From: Mobula hypostoma | Taxonomy: Eukaryota | NCBI RefSeq assembly: GCF_963921235.1 | Contig: NC_086109.1 | Span: forward strand, 21,578,001 to 21,642,000 | Direction of reading: 5' to 3' | DNA: 64,000 bases | Shown: one piece after another, positions 51,663 through 64,000 of the stretch | How the letters are laid out: each line of letters starts with the position of its first letter | How positions within the stretch are numbered: the first letter of the stretch is position 1 | Notes under the pieces: generated by a model | What the model saw: only the letters and a program-made list of their open reading frames with translations | Told to the model about the DNA's origin: nothing | Database searches by the model: none | Made by a program: the position numbers and the translations under genes

Positions 51663-52869
51663 TTGGGGAGCGAGGCATCATTGCCATTTATGATTTTACA
51701 TTTCACCTTGTAGGAAGTAACAGCATGCAAACCCTGCCGCAACAGTTATCATCTGATCGTGTCTCTCACTTCACACAGAGTTCCTTTTCACTCTCACAAC
51801 GGCCTTCCATAAGTTGTACCTGGACTTCTCGTAGGATTCTGAATCACCAACCTCGAATGCCTCAGATCTAACCGTCAGCAGACTGCAGATCTCCTGGTTT
51901 TTCCAGGTCTTCTAGTTTGGGAAAACTCAGTTTGTTCTTGAGTCCACATATTAATCCTTTAAAGGGTGGATGAAATTGGTGACGGCTTTGGTATGTTCAT
52001 TCAGATCTGAAGATGGATAATGTTCCTGAATACACTCCAGTCAACTGATTCAAAGGTATTAAATATTGGGTCTGGGCAGAAGATGCATTTACTAAGCGAC
52101 TCTTTCATCTCCAGAATCTGAAACGGGCCTTCAGTTAGTTTCTCACCTGAAACATTGAGCACCTATCCAGTTTCAGCCTAAACTTTGCATTCAGCCTCCT
52201 GCAGTGGGGCTTGAACCCAAAATTTTCAGGTACAAAGGCCATGAGGCTTTTCACTACTATGCTGTTGGCATCTTTAGCCCATGAAGCTACAGCCTGGAAC
52301 TGCACTCTGCAGAAGTCATGTCTTTGACTGGGTAGAACGTTTGCCTGTATAATTAGATTTGGATGTGTCCAGGACAGAGAAGTTGGCGGGAAGAATCACT
52401 GAGGACGCTACCCAACTGAAAACTGCCTTTTCCAAATGCTCCCTTCTGGAAAGTGCCATTAAAACAAAAAAAAACTTCACACTATCTTAAAAGCTTCTTT
52501 CTCCAGGCAATTAATCTGATCACCCATTCTAGTTAGCCCCCTGCCCATTCACTTTTATCTATTATCCCCATCTCTGCATTATTGACCCTTTTTATAATGT
52601 TGATTACATTGTAAATACATGATGGCATTTATTTATTTATGCACATTTTATTCCATATCCTTCCTTTAACCTCTAACTTTATTGGTTTTTTTATATAGTT
52701 CTCTTTTGTTGTATAATTCTTATTCTATATAACTGTTAAATATCGTTTTTGTTGCATGTTGCGCCCTGACCAACAGACCACAGCAAGCCCCTAATACATC
52801 AAAACGTACAGCATAGAGCAAATAAAATTGGTCCTTAATCCTTGAACTGAAAACTGCATGATAAAGTCA

Positions 52870-53165
52870 GTCATGTGACACAGAAACAGAGCCACGCCCA
52901 TCAAGTCCATGTCAAATGTCAAGTATGCATTTAAAACAAATGCTACAGTAATCCATTTTATTCTCCCTACTCATTCCAGATTTCACCTCTCATCAATTTA
53001 TGGCAATTTATAGCAGCCAATTAACTTACTGATCTCATGCTTTTGAGATGTGTGAGGGAGAAGAGCCATGCATTCATCGAGAATATGCAGACTGTACACA
53101 GAAAGAGTTGGAGATCAGGATTGAACCAAAGCCAGTGAAGCTGTAAGGCGGCAGCTCGAATGGTT
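52870..53165 (-). mobile_element. Decayed V-SINE
   Basis: Similar in layout to 16170-16475. Confidence 0.55.
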
Positions 53166-53559
53166 TTGCCATTGTGCAAAAAATTAACACCACAACTAAA
53201 CATCTGAGGTCATCTTCGGTGAATATTTTTTCAAGCCTTCTGTATTTTTGCCTGAGGTGCAATATACAAAAAATTATGAAAATCACCTCCAAGGTTTGTT
53301 GGTGCACCAAAATGGAAAAGCAATGAATGTGACTCTCAAATATAATACTGGCTGAAATAGCATCCTTTAATGATTTGTACTTTTGGAAAACTTATCCCAT
53401 AATTTCAGTTTTGGTCATATCATAAACATGTCCATTTATAGTATGCTGTAGACAGCAACTAACCACAATCAGGGTCAACAAAGAAACTATAGATTGGATC
53501 AATTACCAGTACAATTTTCATTTGCACAGTTTAGATTGTAGACTTAGGGTTAAATTTCT

Positions 53560-54485
53560 GTAAAGATCAATGTCTAATAGTTGAGCTCATTTTAATGCGT
53601 GATCCAATCTTTCCTGAAACAAATGGATAAGCAATAATTTCTTAAAACTAAATGAAGATAAAGCTGAAATACTTTTGGCTGGTCCCAAAGCCAGAAGAGA
53701 TAAACCTGGGAACTTGGCAGACCTTGTTAAATCAGAAATAACTAGTTGTAAATAGTAACAGCTAGCCTGGAGGTTATTTTAATTCAGACTTTAATTTTAA
53801 ATCCCACATGAAGAAAGTGGCCAGAGCAGCATTTCTATACTTTAGAAGTAATGCAAAAGTCACAGAATTAGTTTTTCCTCATCACATAATGATGCAGAAA
53901 AACTAATTCTCGCCTTTACATCGAACAGACTAAACTGCAACAATGCACTTTTCACTTGCCTTCCAAAGCAATCTATTGACAAACTTCAACTCATTCAGAA
54001 TGCCGTTGATGGACTTTTAACCAAAATCAGGATGAGGGAACCTATCGCTCCCATACTAGCTATTCTACATTGGCTTACTGCATCTTTTAGAATTGATATG
54101 AAAGTTCTCTTACTTGTGTTTTAAACTCTTAGTGGTCTGGGAATAATTTTTATTTTATAATCCTGTTCGAGCTCTCAAGTCTTCTTCTGCCAGTTTCTTA
54201 AATTTAAACAATCTCCCTCACAAGATAATTGGCAAGTCAACTTTTTTGAACTACTGTCCTAAACTGTTGAATTCAATACCTAAAACTAAAAAAGATGCAG
54301 ACTCAGTTGTCACTTTTAAATGCCATCTCAAAACCCATTTATTTAACCTTGCTTTTACCTAACATCTTCTTGTCTTTCATTTTCATGTTTGTACTTCTAT
54401 CCCATTGTAAAGCACCTTGAGCTACATCATTTATAAGAAAAGTGCTCTTTAAGTACATATACTAAAACCTAAAATTATTATTATT
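53560..54485 (+). mobile_element. L2-clade LINE 3' fragment
   Basis: WISNNFLKLNEDKAEIL, FKSHMKKVARAAF, LQLIQNA, LHWL..FRIDMKVL; ATTATT tail. Confidence 0.8.
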
Positions 54486-54830
54486 AAAACCTGTTTTCCC
54501 GTTACTTTTTTATAAGTGTTCTTGTAGACATTTCACCCCAAATATTTGCACAGAAGAGTGGAGGTATTTCATTGAGTGCTGTATCATTTGGTTCAGAGTT
54601 GGAATTTCCACCAGAGAGACAGAAGTTTCCTATCAAGGGAAGGCCAAAATATATCCTGGAATTCTGGAATACCATCCAGTAGGGTCCTCACAGTTGTGGT
54701 GTAAATCTCATATGGTTAGACCCTGCCACAAAGGCTACCCAGTAGTAAAAGTGTCAAAGATGGATCTGGCTATGGAAGATGCATTTTCACCATGGGTCTG
54801 CCAGTCTGATAAATGGTATCCAAGTCTAAC

Positions 54831-55225
54831 AGAATCAGAATTAGAATCAGAATCAGGTTTCATGTCACTGACATAAGACATGAAATTTGTTGTTTTGTGG
54901 CAATACATAATAATACTAAAAATTACAGTAAGGTATATACCAGGCTGCAATGCAACCTGTCAGAATGTTCTTCACTGTGTATCTGTAGAGATGTATTGAT
55001 GTTCTATATTCTGTGTTTCCACAACAGCAGCATTGAAACTGGTGGTCAGTGTTTTTAAGCTTTTGTATCTTCTGCTCAGTGAAAGGGTAAAAGTCGGAAT
55101 GACAGGGATGGGAAGGGTCCTTTATAATGTTGGCTTCTTTCTCAATGACAGCAGGAAGAGTAGATGGAGGCCACTTTGGGGAGGCTGTTTATCATGATGT
55201 GCTGAGCTGAGCCGACAATTCTCTG
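54831..55225 (-). mobile_element. Rex1 3' fragment
   Basis: (AGAATC)n tail on the + strand; decayed HPxHSxF..RYKSLK. Confidence 0.65.
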
Positions 55226-56144
55226 TGATATTGTCTGTTTCATTGTACACAACTGATGTTGATTTTTTTATATATTCTTTCTTTTAGATTAATCCTATCC
55301 CTCCAACTTTATGCAGAAAATAAATCCTATGAGTTTTGACAACTGTTAAATAGCATCTGATTCTCCAGGTATTAAATTGCAGCAAAAGCGCATATGTGCT
55401 CCTGAGTAACTTCATTGAGATCACGTTTGTGGAGCAGTCAGCAGCTGGCATTGACCTCTATGGAATGAGTCCTGGGAGTACACAGCTGTGTAACTCCTAA
55501 GGCAGCTTGGGAGAAACCACAAGGGAGAGCTGCTCAGGTGTGGTGGGGGTTCTGAGGCACATCTGCTAGTTACGAAAGAGCCATTGAGTCAGTCAAAATT
55601 CTCTGAATTGGAATGGGACAGTAAAATTCAGCATTAAGCCAGCACACATGACTCAGACCCTTTAATAGAAAGAAATTGTACAGATTTGACATCAATTGTT
55701 TTATTCATTCAGAAGATGCAAAGTAAGTTTTGATGGCAAGTCCAGTAATTATTACTTGTCCCTATTTACCACTGAACTAAATGACTTGTTGTTCCATTTT
55801 AATAGTGCAATTAAAATTCAGTCATAATGTTGTAGATCAAGAATTGTATCCAGGACAAATCAGCTTTAATTCCCTAAAAGACATTAGAGAGTCTAATGAC
55901 AATTTAACAACAACTAGTAGTTTCATGGCTATCATTACTGGTACCAGCCTTTTATACTCAGCATTTATCAGACTGAGCAATGTTTACGTTCCCTGTCAGC
56001 TGTGGCTGCATTTAAACCCATTTCCAGATCTTTTGTTCAGAGATCAGAATTAAAGCTGTATTTTAACCACTATTTTGCAGCACCACCAGTATTTTCCACA
56101 GATTCGATAACTGACGTTTCCAAGCAATGTATTACAATATCACG

Positions 56145-56657
56145 TAACCCTGCAATGGATTGTGAGGACTGCTGAGAAAATCATTGGTATCTCTCTCTTC
56201 CACCCCACCACTACCCCGCCCCCATCTCCAGTACATATACCAGAAGCACAGTCAATCGCAGAGTCCTCAGCATTGTTCCATCTGTCCCTCAATCTCTTTG
56301 ACCTTCTACAGTCAGGCAGAAGATATCACAGAATAAGGACAAGGACTGTTATACTGGGTAACAGCTTTCTTCCCCAGGCTCTGAACACCCTGCTGCCACT
56401 CAGTACACATTTATGACAGCTCCTGTAGCATTATACTGTTGTATATTTAACTATATGTCATATGTGCACTTTATGTCAACTTGTACATCGATAGAATACT
56501 TTTTATTATCTGTTAATATTGCTGTGCTAATATTATTTTATGTCCTGTATGTGATACATGTACTGTGTTTTGCACCTTCGTCCCAGAGGAACATTGTTTC
56601 ATTTCGCTGTATACATATGCATGGTCAAATAATGATAAACTTGAAATGGAACTTGAA
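56145..56657 (+). mobile_element. Rex1 3' fragment
   Basis: RTAEKIIG..SGRRYHRIRTRT..NSFLPQA; 3' UTR ending (CTTGAA)n. Confidence 0.8.
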
Positions 56658-57184
56658 GATTTTTATCTGAGAATATTACAGCAGAAAAAAATGACAACAT
56701 TTCAGTTTACCTTTACTGGGCTAACTCTTTGAACGAGCTTGCCAATCAATCCCATTCCCTCTTGCACTCTTCCGAAAGGTACTACAAATGTTTCCTTTTC
56801 AAATATTTATCACATTCACTTTTAAATGCTATTAATTAATCTGCTTCACCACCCTTTCAGTCACTTAAGGTTGAATTTTTTCCTTTTTCCTAGTGTGGAA
56901 ATGGCTAATTCGAGAAGTCATAATTTTAAGGTCATTGGATGAAATTATAGTTGGATGTCAGAGATAGATTTTTTTTTACGGAGACTGGTGGTTGCCTGGA
57001 TCACACTGCCGGAGGCGTTGATAAAAGCAGATACATTAGGGCTGAAAGGAAAATGGAGGACTGTGAGAGGGGAGAATTGGATTGATTTTGGAGTATTTAA
57101 AAGGTTAGCACAACATTGAGGGCCAAAGATCCTGTCCTGTTATACATTCTTTGTAATTTACAAGGTAAACAATTTTCCTCATCT

Positions 57185-57317
57185 AGACAAGAAAGTCTGC
57201 AGATGCTGGAAATCCAAGCAACACACATAAAATGCTGGAGGAACTCAGCAGGCCAGGCAGCATCTATGGAAACGAGTAAGCAGTCGACTTTTCAGGCCAT
57301 GACCCTTCATCACGACT
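57185..57317 (-). mobile_element. Short Penelope pLTR derivative with mutated hammerhead
   Basis: Minus strand reads AGTC-GTGATGA-AGGGTCATGGCCT-GAAAA-GTC-GACTG, then the standard pLTR tail. Confidence 0.8.
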
Positions 57318-58334
57318 CCTCTAGATCTTTTGTCAATCAGCTTGAGGTTATGGTCTCTGGTTGGCAACACTTCTACACAAGTTACAAACTCGTCACTTGC
57401 ATATCAAAACCTGTCTTGATTTTGAGCACCTCTTTAAGTTTTCTCTTGGTTACTTTACTGAGGGAGAACCTCAGTTTTTCTGATCTGATCTCATTTACAT
57501 TTGTGTAAGATGTGAATTTAATATAGTATATGGATTCACAAACACATCACATTCAAGTTATGTGTACATTCACGTTAGACATACCTGAATGTTCTACGAA
57601 CATATGAACTTATTTATGTTTCCATTCATATATGTGCATTTCTGACAATGTGCATGTGCCATTCTTAAGCATGGAAATACATCAGCAAGGTCTGATTGTA
57701 CGTATTTTTGTATGGCTTTCTGGTCACCCAATTATAGGAAGGATGAGGTGGATTTGGAGAAGGTATAGAAGAGGTTCACAGCTGAATGACAATAAAATTG
57801 AAATTGAATTTGAAGGGATTTTCATCTGAGAATATTACAGCAGAAGAAAATGGTCTAGAACATTTCATGCAATCGTTACTCTTTGAACGAGTAACCCAAC
57901 CAATCTCACTCCCCCTTGCGTTCTCCTCAAAGATACTACAAGCATTTCCTCTTCTGGTTTACAGGTTTCCTCACACAACCCTTCTTAACTTGACTTGACT
58001 TGATGCTTTACAAATGAATTTCCTGTTACTCAAATAAGTAATCAATTTAACACACCTTCTTTCTCTCTTCTCTCTGTCCAGTTCTCTCTTTGAACTCTTT
58101 ATAAGCTTGCCAAGCACTACAATGCATTAAGTGTAAGAACAGGTATCAAAAGGAATGTGTTAATCATGTCGTGTCTTTCAGTAGTCCAGCACTCTAACAT
58201 TTTTTTTTCAGAATCTCGGTAAAACTAACCATGGAGTTAAGGGTCTTGCGAAGAATCACACTGCAACATTAAAATGTGGAAACCAATTTTGATCCAAGTT
58301 CTTGAATAATAAATGACATATTAACTTGCATTTA

Positions 58335-58838
58335 CACTCAGTGGCCACTTTATTAGGTACAGGAGTGGAACCCAGTGTGGTCTTCTGCTGCTGTAGCCCA
58401 TCCACTTCAAGGTTCAACATGTTGTGCATTCAGAGGTGCTCTTCTTCACAGCACTGTTGTATTGCAGGGTTATTTGAGTTACTGTCACCCTCCTGTCAGC
58501 TTGAAGCAGTCTGGCCATTCTCTTCTGACCTCTTTCATAAACAAGGCATTTACACCCGCTGAAGTGCTGCTCACTGAATGTTTTTTTGTTTTCCACACCA
58601 TTCTCTGTAAACTCTAGAGATTGTTATGCGTGGAACTCGCAGATCAGCAGTTTCTGAGATTCTCAAACCACACTATCTGACCCCAATAATCATTCTCTGG
58701 TCAAAATCACTTAGATCACATTTCTTCCCCATTCCGATGTTTGTTCAGAACATCAACTGAACAGCTTGACCAGTTTTGCATTGAATTGCTGCTGCATGAT
58801 TGACTGTTTAGATATTTGCATTAATGAGCAGGTGTACA
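58335..58838 (-). mobile_element. Tc1-like deletion derivative, same family as 32854
   Basis: TA-CACTCAGTGGCCACTTTATTAGGTAC TIR; antisense homology to 32880-33350. Confidence 0.85.
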
Positions 58839-59094
58839 ATAAGACCTCAAATATAGTTAAAAAAATGCTTTTCATCTGTACAATATCAAATGCAATTTGA
58901 TATGAAGTAGGTATGTTACTAATTAGTGGAAGTGAAGGTTTCATAGAACATTTGAATAGAGGAAAAGAAGAGAAGTGGAAGGTTCAGGAAGGGAATTGCA
59001 AGTAAATGGTGCATCTACCATGCTTCTCATAAATTCAAGACAACTCTGAAGAAAACTCTCACATCATTATGTGCTAGATTTCTGCCTAAGTAAT

Positions 59095-59555
59095 AGGCAA
59101 GAGTGTATTGTGGATAGTTGGAAAACAATGCTGGAATGTTAGTAATGGGGGACAAAGAAATGGAGGTCGTAATTAGTAAGTAATTTACATCAGGCTTCAC
59201 TGTGGGAGATAATAATGATATAGCAGAAATTTGAGAGTGTCGTGGGTCAGAAGTGAGTGTAGTTGCTATTACTAGGGAGAAGGTGCTTGGAAAGCTGAGG
59301 GGTCTGAAGGTAGAAAAGTTCCCTGGACCAGATGAACTACACCCCACGGTTCTGTATGAGGTAGCTGATAAGATTGTAAGGATCTTTCAAGAATCTCTAG
59401 ATTCTGGAATAACTCTGAGGCCTGGAAAATTTGCAAATATCACTCCATTCTTTAAGGGAGGGAGGCAGAAGAAAGGAAATTACAGGCCAGTTAGCCTGAC
59501 TTCAGTGGTTTGGAAGATGTTGGAATCCATTACTAGGGGTGAGTTTTCAGGTACT
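59095..59555 (+). mobile_element. CR1 internal fragment
   Basis: KFPGPDELHPTVL..GNYRPVSLTSVVWKMLE. Confidence 0.85.
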
Positions 59556-59559
59556 TTGA

Positions 59560-60273
59560 AGTCCAAAATTCAAATTAAATTTATTATCAATGTACATATA
59601 TGCCACTATATGAGATTCATTTTCTTGGGGGCATTCACAGTAACTACAAAGGAACACAACAGAATCAATGAAAGACAATATCCAACAAGATGGACTAATA
59701 TTCAACTGTGCAAATACAAAAAGAAAATAATCATATTAAATAAATAAGCAATAAATATCAAGAATGTGAGATGAAGAATCCTTGAACAAGAGTCTATAGT
59801 TTGTGGGAACAGTTCCGTAATGGGGTGAGTGAAGTTATCCCCTCTGGTTCAAGAGTCTGATGGTTGAGGGGTAATAACTGTTCCTGAACCTGATGGTGTG
59901 GGTCCTGAGGCTCCTGTACCTTCTTCCTGACGGCAACAGTGAGAAGAGAGTATGGCCTGAGTGGTGGCATTCCTTAATGAGGAATTCTGCTTTCCTGCAA
60001 CAGTGCCCCATGTAGATGTGCTCAATGGTGGGAAGGGCTTTACCTGTGATGAGCTGGGCTGCATCCATTAATTTTAGTAAGCTTTTCCTTCCAAGGGCAT
60101 TCCAGCCCTGATGCAGCTGGTCAATATACTGTCCACTAAATATCTGTAGGCTAAGCACAACTCCATTGCCATATTTTAAGTTTGCTAATACCACTGCCAT
60201 TGGTCAAATCAAAGGTGGTGATGAATCGACATATAGGAGGGAAATTGAAAATCTGGCTGAATGGTGCCACAAC
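59560..60273 (-). mobile_element. Rex1 copy with inverted 5' segment
   Basis: 3' part lies on the minus strand (59560-60149); upstream RT part KFAN..GGDESTYRREIENLAEWC lies on the plus strand (60150-60273). Confidence 0.8.
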
Positions 60274-61457
60274 GGTGAAGTAGATACTCCACCCTGCTCT
60301 CTGGGAATAAGCTGGCATCACCAATAAGACATCCAACTAACATAATTCAAGTTCTAGTGAATAGCTTAAAGAACTGGAAAACAATACTTTCAATGATGGT
60401 CCCTTGGTTCATTAGCCAACCTTGTTGAAAAGCTGCCATCACTATTGGAAAAAAAGCTGACGAAAATTCACTCTGGGTATTACTTGCATAAGAATGCAGT
60501 GTTGCAGTAATTTAAAACCATTTACTAAATTTATATATTTCTTAACTGAACATAAATTTTTGTTATGATTCAGTCGGTTCTGATGTCATTTTTCTCTATT
60601 TCATTGTGTGATTCATGTTCAGAGCTTCTGCTACTTTATGGGTTTATTAGCTGGAAGATCACTGTTAGCCATTGCAGATATCAGTGAATGCCCTTGCATT
60701 GTTTACCCGGTGCTTTTCTTCAGTGCTGAAGCAGAATTATTCTCCAGTCTTGAATGTGCCCAAATGTCAAGGATCCAAATGTCAATGCTATTATTGTTGC
60801 TACCTGATACATTTTGCATGCTATTTTATGTCAGAAAGAAAGAGTGAAAAAAAGAGTAATAAAAAGGGAGGATTTGCATATATTTAACATCTTATGGGAT
60901 CTGAAAGGCATTTTCATAATCAATTAAATAGTTTCGAAGTGCAGTCACCACAGCATACAGCCAGAAAGAAATCTGAAAATAGGGGTTTTTAAATTGAGGT
61001 ATTACCACACTGGAGATCAATGTCGGCTCACCACCAACTGCTCAAGGGCAATTAAAGATGTGCAGTAAGTACCACCCCTGGCGAGGATACCCATATCCTG
61101 CAAAATGAAGGAATTAGAAAGCAGGCCTCTAACCAAATGGAATAATGGGTTATAGTCTGAAATGAATATAAAGATTTGCATAAGCTCATATTAATGGAAT
61201 GGGGAATGTGGCTTGCCTATAGGAGATAACAGCAGCGTGGATGAAACTCAGCAACTGATTGAACTGAGGTGATAATGCATACCATTGTGCCCATGAATCA
61301 TGAATGTGCAAAGGTTAATACAGAAAAGAAAACTCTGACAAAGATTTATGCACAAAAAAAATGATAGTAATATACGGCACAGTCCATAATAACGATACTT
61401 GTACCTATATCTGTGCTACCTGTTTAACAAAATAAAAGAGATGACATATTGAAGAGA

Positions 61458-61578
61458 GTCCTGATGAAGGGTCTCGGCCCGAAACATCGACTGTACCTCT
61501 TCCTAGAGATGCTACGTTCACCAGCAACTTTGATGTGTGTTGCTTGAATTTCCAGCATCTGCAGATTTCCTCGTGTTT
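61458..61578 (+). mobile_element. ~120-nt hammerhead-first Penelope derivative with 14-bp TSD
   Basis: Flanks ACATATTGAAGAGA (61444-61457) and ACATATTGGAGAGA (61579-61592); CTGATGA..GAAAC-ATC core. Confidence 0.85.
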
Positions 61579-62009
61579 ACATATTGGAGAGAAGTCTTTC
61601 CTGAGGGGAATGGGAGAAGTTAAGATGAAAAGCTTGCAGTTGTTCTATAGATGTTCTCAGGCAATCCCACGGCTTGCTTCTGCCAGCACTTTATGAGTTC
61701 TTGGTAAATGAGTCCAAGATTATCAATGCCATCCGGAATTCTCCCATTATTTTATCCACATCAGTTACTTGGGACAAGGGGGCTTTGAGAACAATCCTTC
61801 CTCCACTCAGAAAAGAATATCTGTTGTGGGTGTCTGGTATCCAGCAGGCAAATGATATGTCCAGCCTATCATAACTAAATTTGTGTAACAAGCACTCTCA
61901 ACACTGGAGATTTTCACCTGGGAGAGGACAGTAATACTGATTCATTCATCCTTCCAAAGGAGTTGGAAGAATTTTTAAAATTTCTAGAAACTTGATGAGC
62001 TTGTACTCA

Positions 62010-62160
62010 TTCCCTTCCCCTCCCCCTTCCTATTCTGGCTGCTTTGCACTCTTTTACCAGTCCTGATGAAGGTCTCAGCCAGAAATATTAAGAGTCTATT
62101 CCCCTCCACAGGTGCTGCCTGACTTGCTGAGATCCTTCAGAATCTTATGTGTGTTGCTCT
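62010..62160 (+). mobile_element. Decayed Penelope pLTR fragment
   Basis: CAGTCCTGATGAAGGTCTCAGCCAGAAA plus pLTR tail. Confidence 0.7.
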
Positions 62161-62357
62161 ATATCGGGGTTCCCAACTTTTAAAATAGAGTTGGACAAGT
62201 ACATGGATAGGACAGATTGAGAAGGATATAGGCCAAAGACAGGCAACTGGGACTAGCTTGGATGAACATCTTGGTTAGCACAGATCAGTTGGACCGAAGG
62301 GCCTGTTTCTATGCTCTATGACTCTAGGATTTTGCAGAGAATTGTGGAATCTCATAA

Positions 62358-62508
62358 CCAAGAGAAACTCTACAGATGCTGGAAGTTCAAAGCAACACAT
62401 CCAACATGCTGGAGGAGCTCAGCAGGTCAGGCAGTGTCCATGGAAATAACCAAACAGTTGAAGTTTCTGGCCGAGACCTGCTGAGCTCCTCCAGCATTTT
62501 TTGTGTTT
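62358..62508. repeat. Penelope-derived fold-back element
   Basis: Perfect inverted arms ATGCTGGAGGAGCTCAGCAGGTC / GACCTGCTGAGCTCCTCCAGCAT. Confidence 0.8.
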
Positions 62509-64000
62509 TGGTGGTATTTCTCTAGTGCTGTGAAGACCACTGTAGATAAACTAAAATTCAGAGGTTTGTGGAAGGTAAAAATCACAGTATAAGGTTCACA
62601 AACAAGAGAAAATCTGCAGGTGCTGGAAATAAGAGCAACACACAGTGTAAGTTTTGATTTTCAAGCGCTCTTTTTCTCAGATGGTTAAAGGCTGTACTGG
62701 TTCATTAAATACAATAGAGAATTTAATTCTCAATGTCTGCCTTTACTGAGAGAAGTCTCCTGACATAGAGTATGGCAAGAAGCTCATGTTTCCAGTGTTT
62801 CATCATGGACTGCTAAGTGTAAAACTCATTCTCTCATATGCTTCAATAATTTTGACTTAGAGCTCAGCCATCAAAAACGGTCAAGCATAACCATCTCTTG
62901 GAGAACTGGGCTGATCTCCTTTCTAAAGTGGGGAGAATCTAAGTTAAAGAGTTTAAAATTAATCCTGGAGATTAATTGCACTCCAATAGGAGGCTTATTT
63001 TAGTTGAGTAGATGGTAAGATAGATCATATTCCCTGGGCAATGATGCAGCTTCATTTGACACTTCATTCAGTGCTTCTGATCTGGTGGACATGTTGACAT
63101 CATACACCTGTTGCAAAATCTAAGTCAAATAGCCACACTATGCAGCAAATTATTCTGCCCTATTAGTGATTTGAATAATTGAGAATTAACCAGTCATCTT
63201 GCCATCTTTAAATTTGTACTGGTGGCAAATAAGCTAATGTGATATCTGATAAATGATCCTATTTAACAACAAAGCTATTTGGTAATGTTCTATATTAAAA
63301 AGAATTTTAAAAACAAACATTTCCCACTAAGATTCATTTCCAAATCTATCTAAGTCTCTTTGAGACTGTGCTGTTGTTCTGGGTTCCATTGAATGAGACC
63401 ACAGAAATGACCCTGAGCATGAAGAGAATTTCAACTTATTTAAGGTTGAGATCAAGAGCTAAACTTACGGAACTTAATATCTGTTCTCTACATCTTGTTG
63501 CCTTGTTGAATCTTGGAATGAATATTGACCTGGATTACAGCAGGGATGGAGAATCACTAAAGATCTTGGTTGAGGTACAGTTGCCTCTTTAATAGTTAAA
63601 AGATTTGAGGAACAAAACAATAGATAAAAACTTTTAGATAGATAGATGACTTAAAAAGACAATCAGAGAACTTCTGAGTGTGGATTAGTGAATTGAGGGA
63701 AAGAATAAAATGTGATTATGAGACTTCATTCTCAGAAAGGGTCAGATTTATTAGCTCTAATGATTTTCTCATCTTCCTAAGACTTTTCATATTAATTTGA
63801 TAAAAAGAAAAGAACAAATCCACGGACCAAACAACACCTACACAAATAACAAACATTTTGTACTCTCATCATATTAGACATGAAGCTCCTATTTTTAGCA
63901 CAGCTGTCTACTTTAGCTGCATGAAATTGTTTAACCAAATCATTGTTGCTTTCTGAAGAAGAGAAAAAGCGACCTGCATACTGCCTCACAGCAAGTCCTC

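Larger units (their letters stand above)
49720..52070 (-). mobile_element. Long decayed Rex1 LINE interrupted by a CR1 and a SINE
   Basis: ESVDWSVF (~52040), YEKSRYNLWKA, QGLHAVTSYK, VMKFFERLV, GCVLSPLLFSLY. Confidence 0.85.

Noticed and set aside
51700..51871. Possible host exon after a TTTCACCTTGTAG acceptor
   Set aside because: The minus strand encodes a Rex1 ORF remnant (YEKSRYNLWKA..QGLHAVTSYK).

Overview
This window is eukaryotic, AT-rich, repeat-saturated vertebrate DNA. The repeat repertoire (CR1/HER1-type LINEs, HE1-like V-SINEs, Rex1/Babar, Neptune-type Penelope-like elements) suggests a cartilaginous fish, probably a ray or shark; this is an inference from repeat families only. 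I found no supportable host exon, rRNA, true tRNA or CRISPR array, so the window looks intronic or intergenic. Every long ORF belongs to a transposable element: CR1 RT, Gypsy gag-pol, Penelope RT/GIY-YIG, Rex1, RTE, L2, Tc1 or mariner. The most notable observations are: (1) minimal hammerhead ribozyme motifs in Penelope 3' ends, including a ~120-nt ribozyme-first insertion with a 14-bp target-site duplication (TSD) and several fold-back derivatives; (2) ORF-less retroposons with a YY1-like head and a Rex1-like hairpin tail; (3) V-SINEs carrying two different LINE-type tails; (4) two near-identical young CR1 copies forming a ~1.1-kb inverted repeat; (5) a mariner derivative with five TIR copies; (6) a solo LTR nested in another LTR, with TSDs; (7) a Rex1 copy with a twin-priming-like 5' inversion. 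Family assignments come from motif recognition by eye, not database search, and boundaries of old fragments are approximate.
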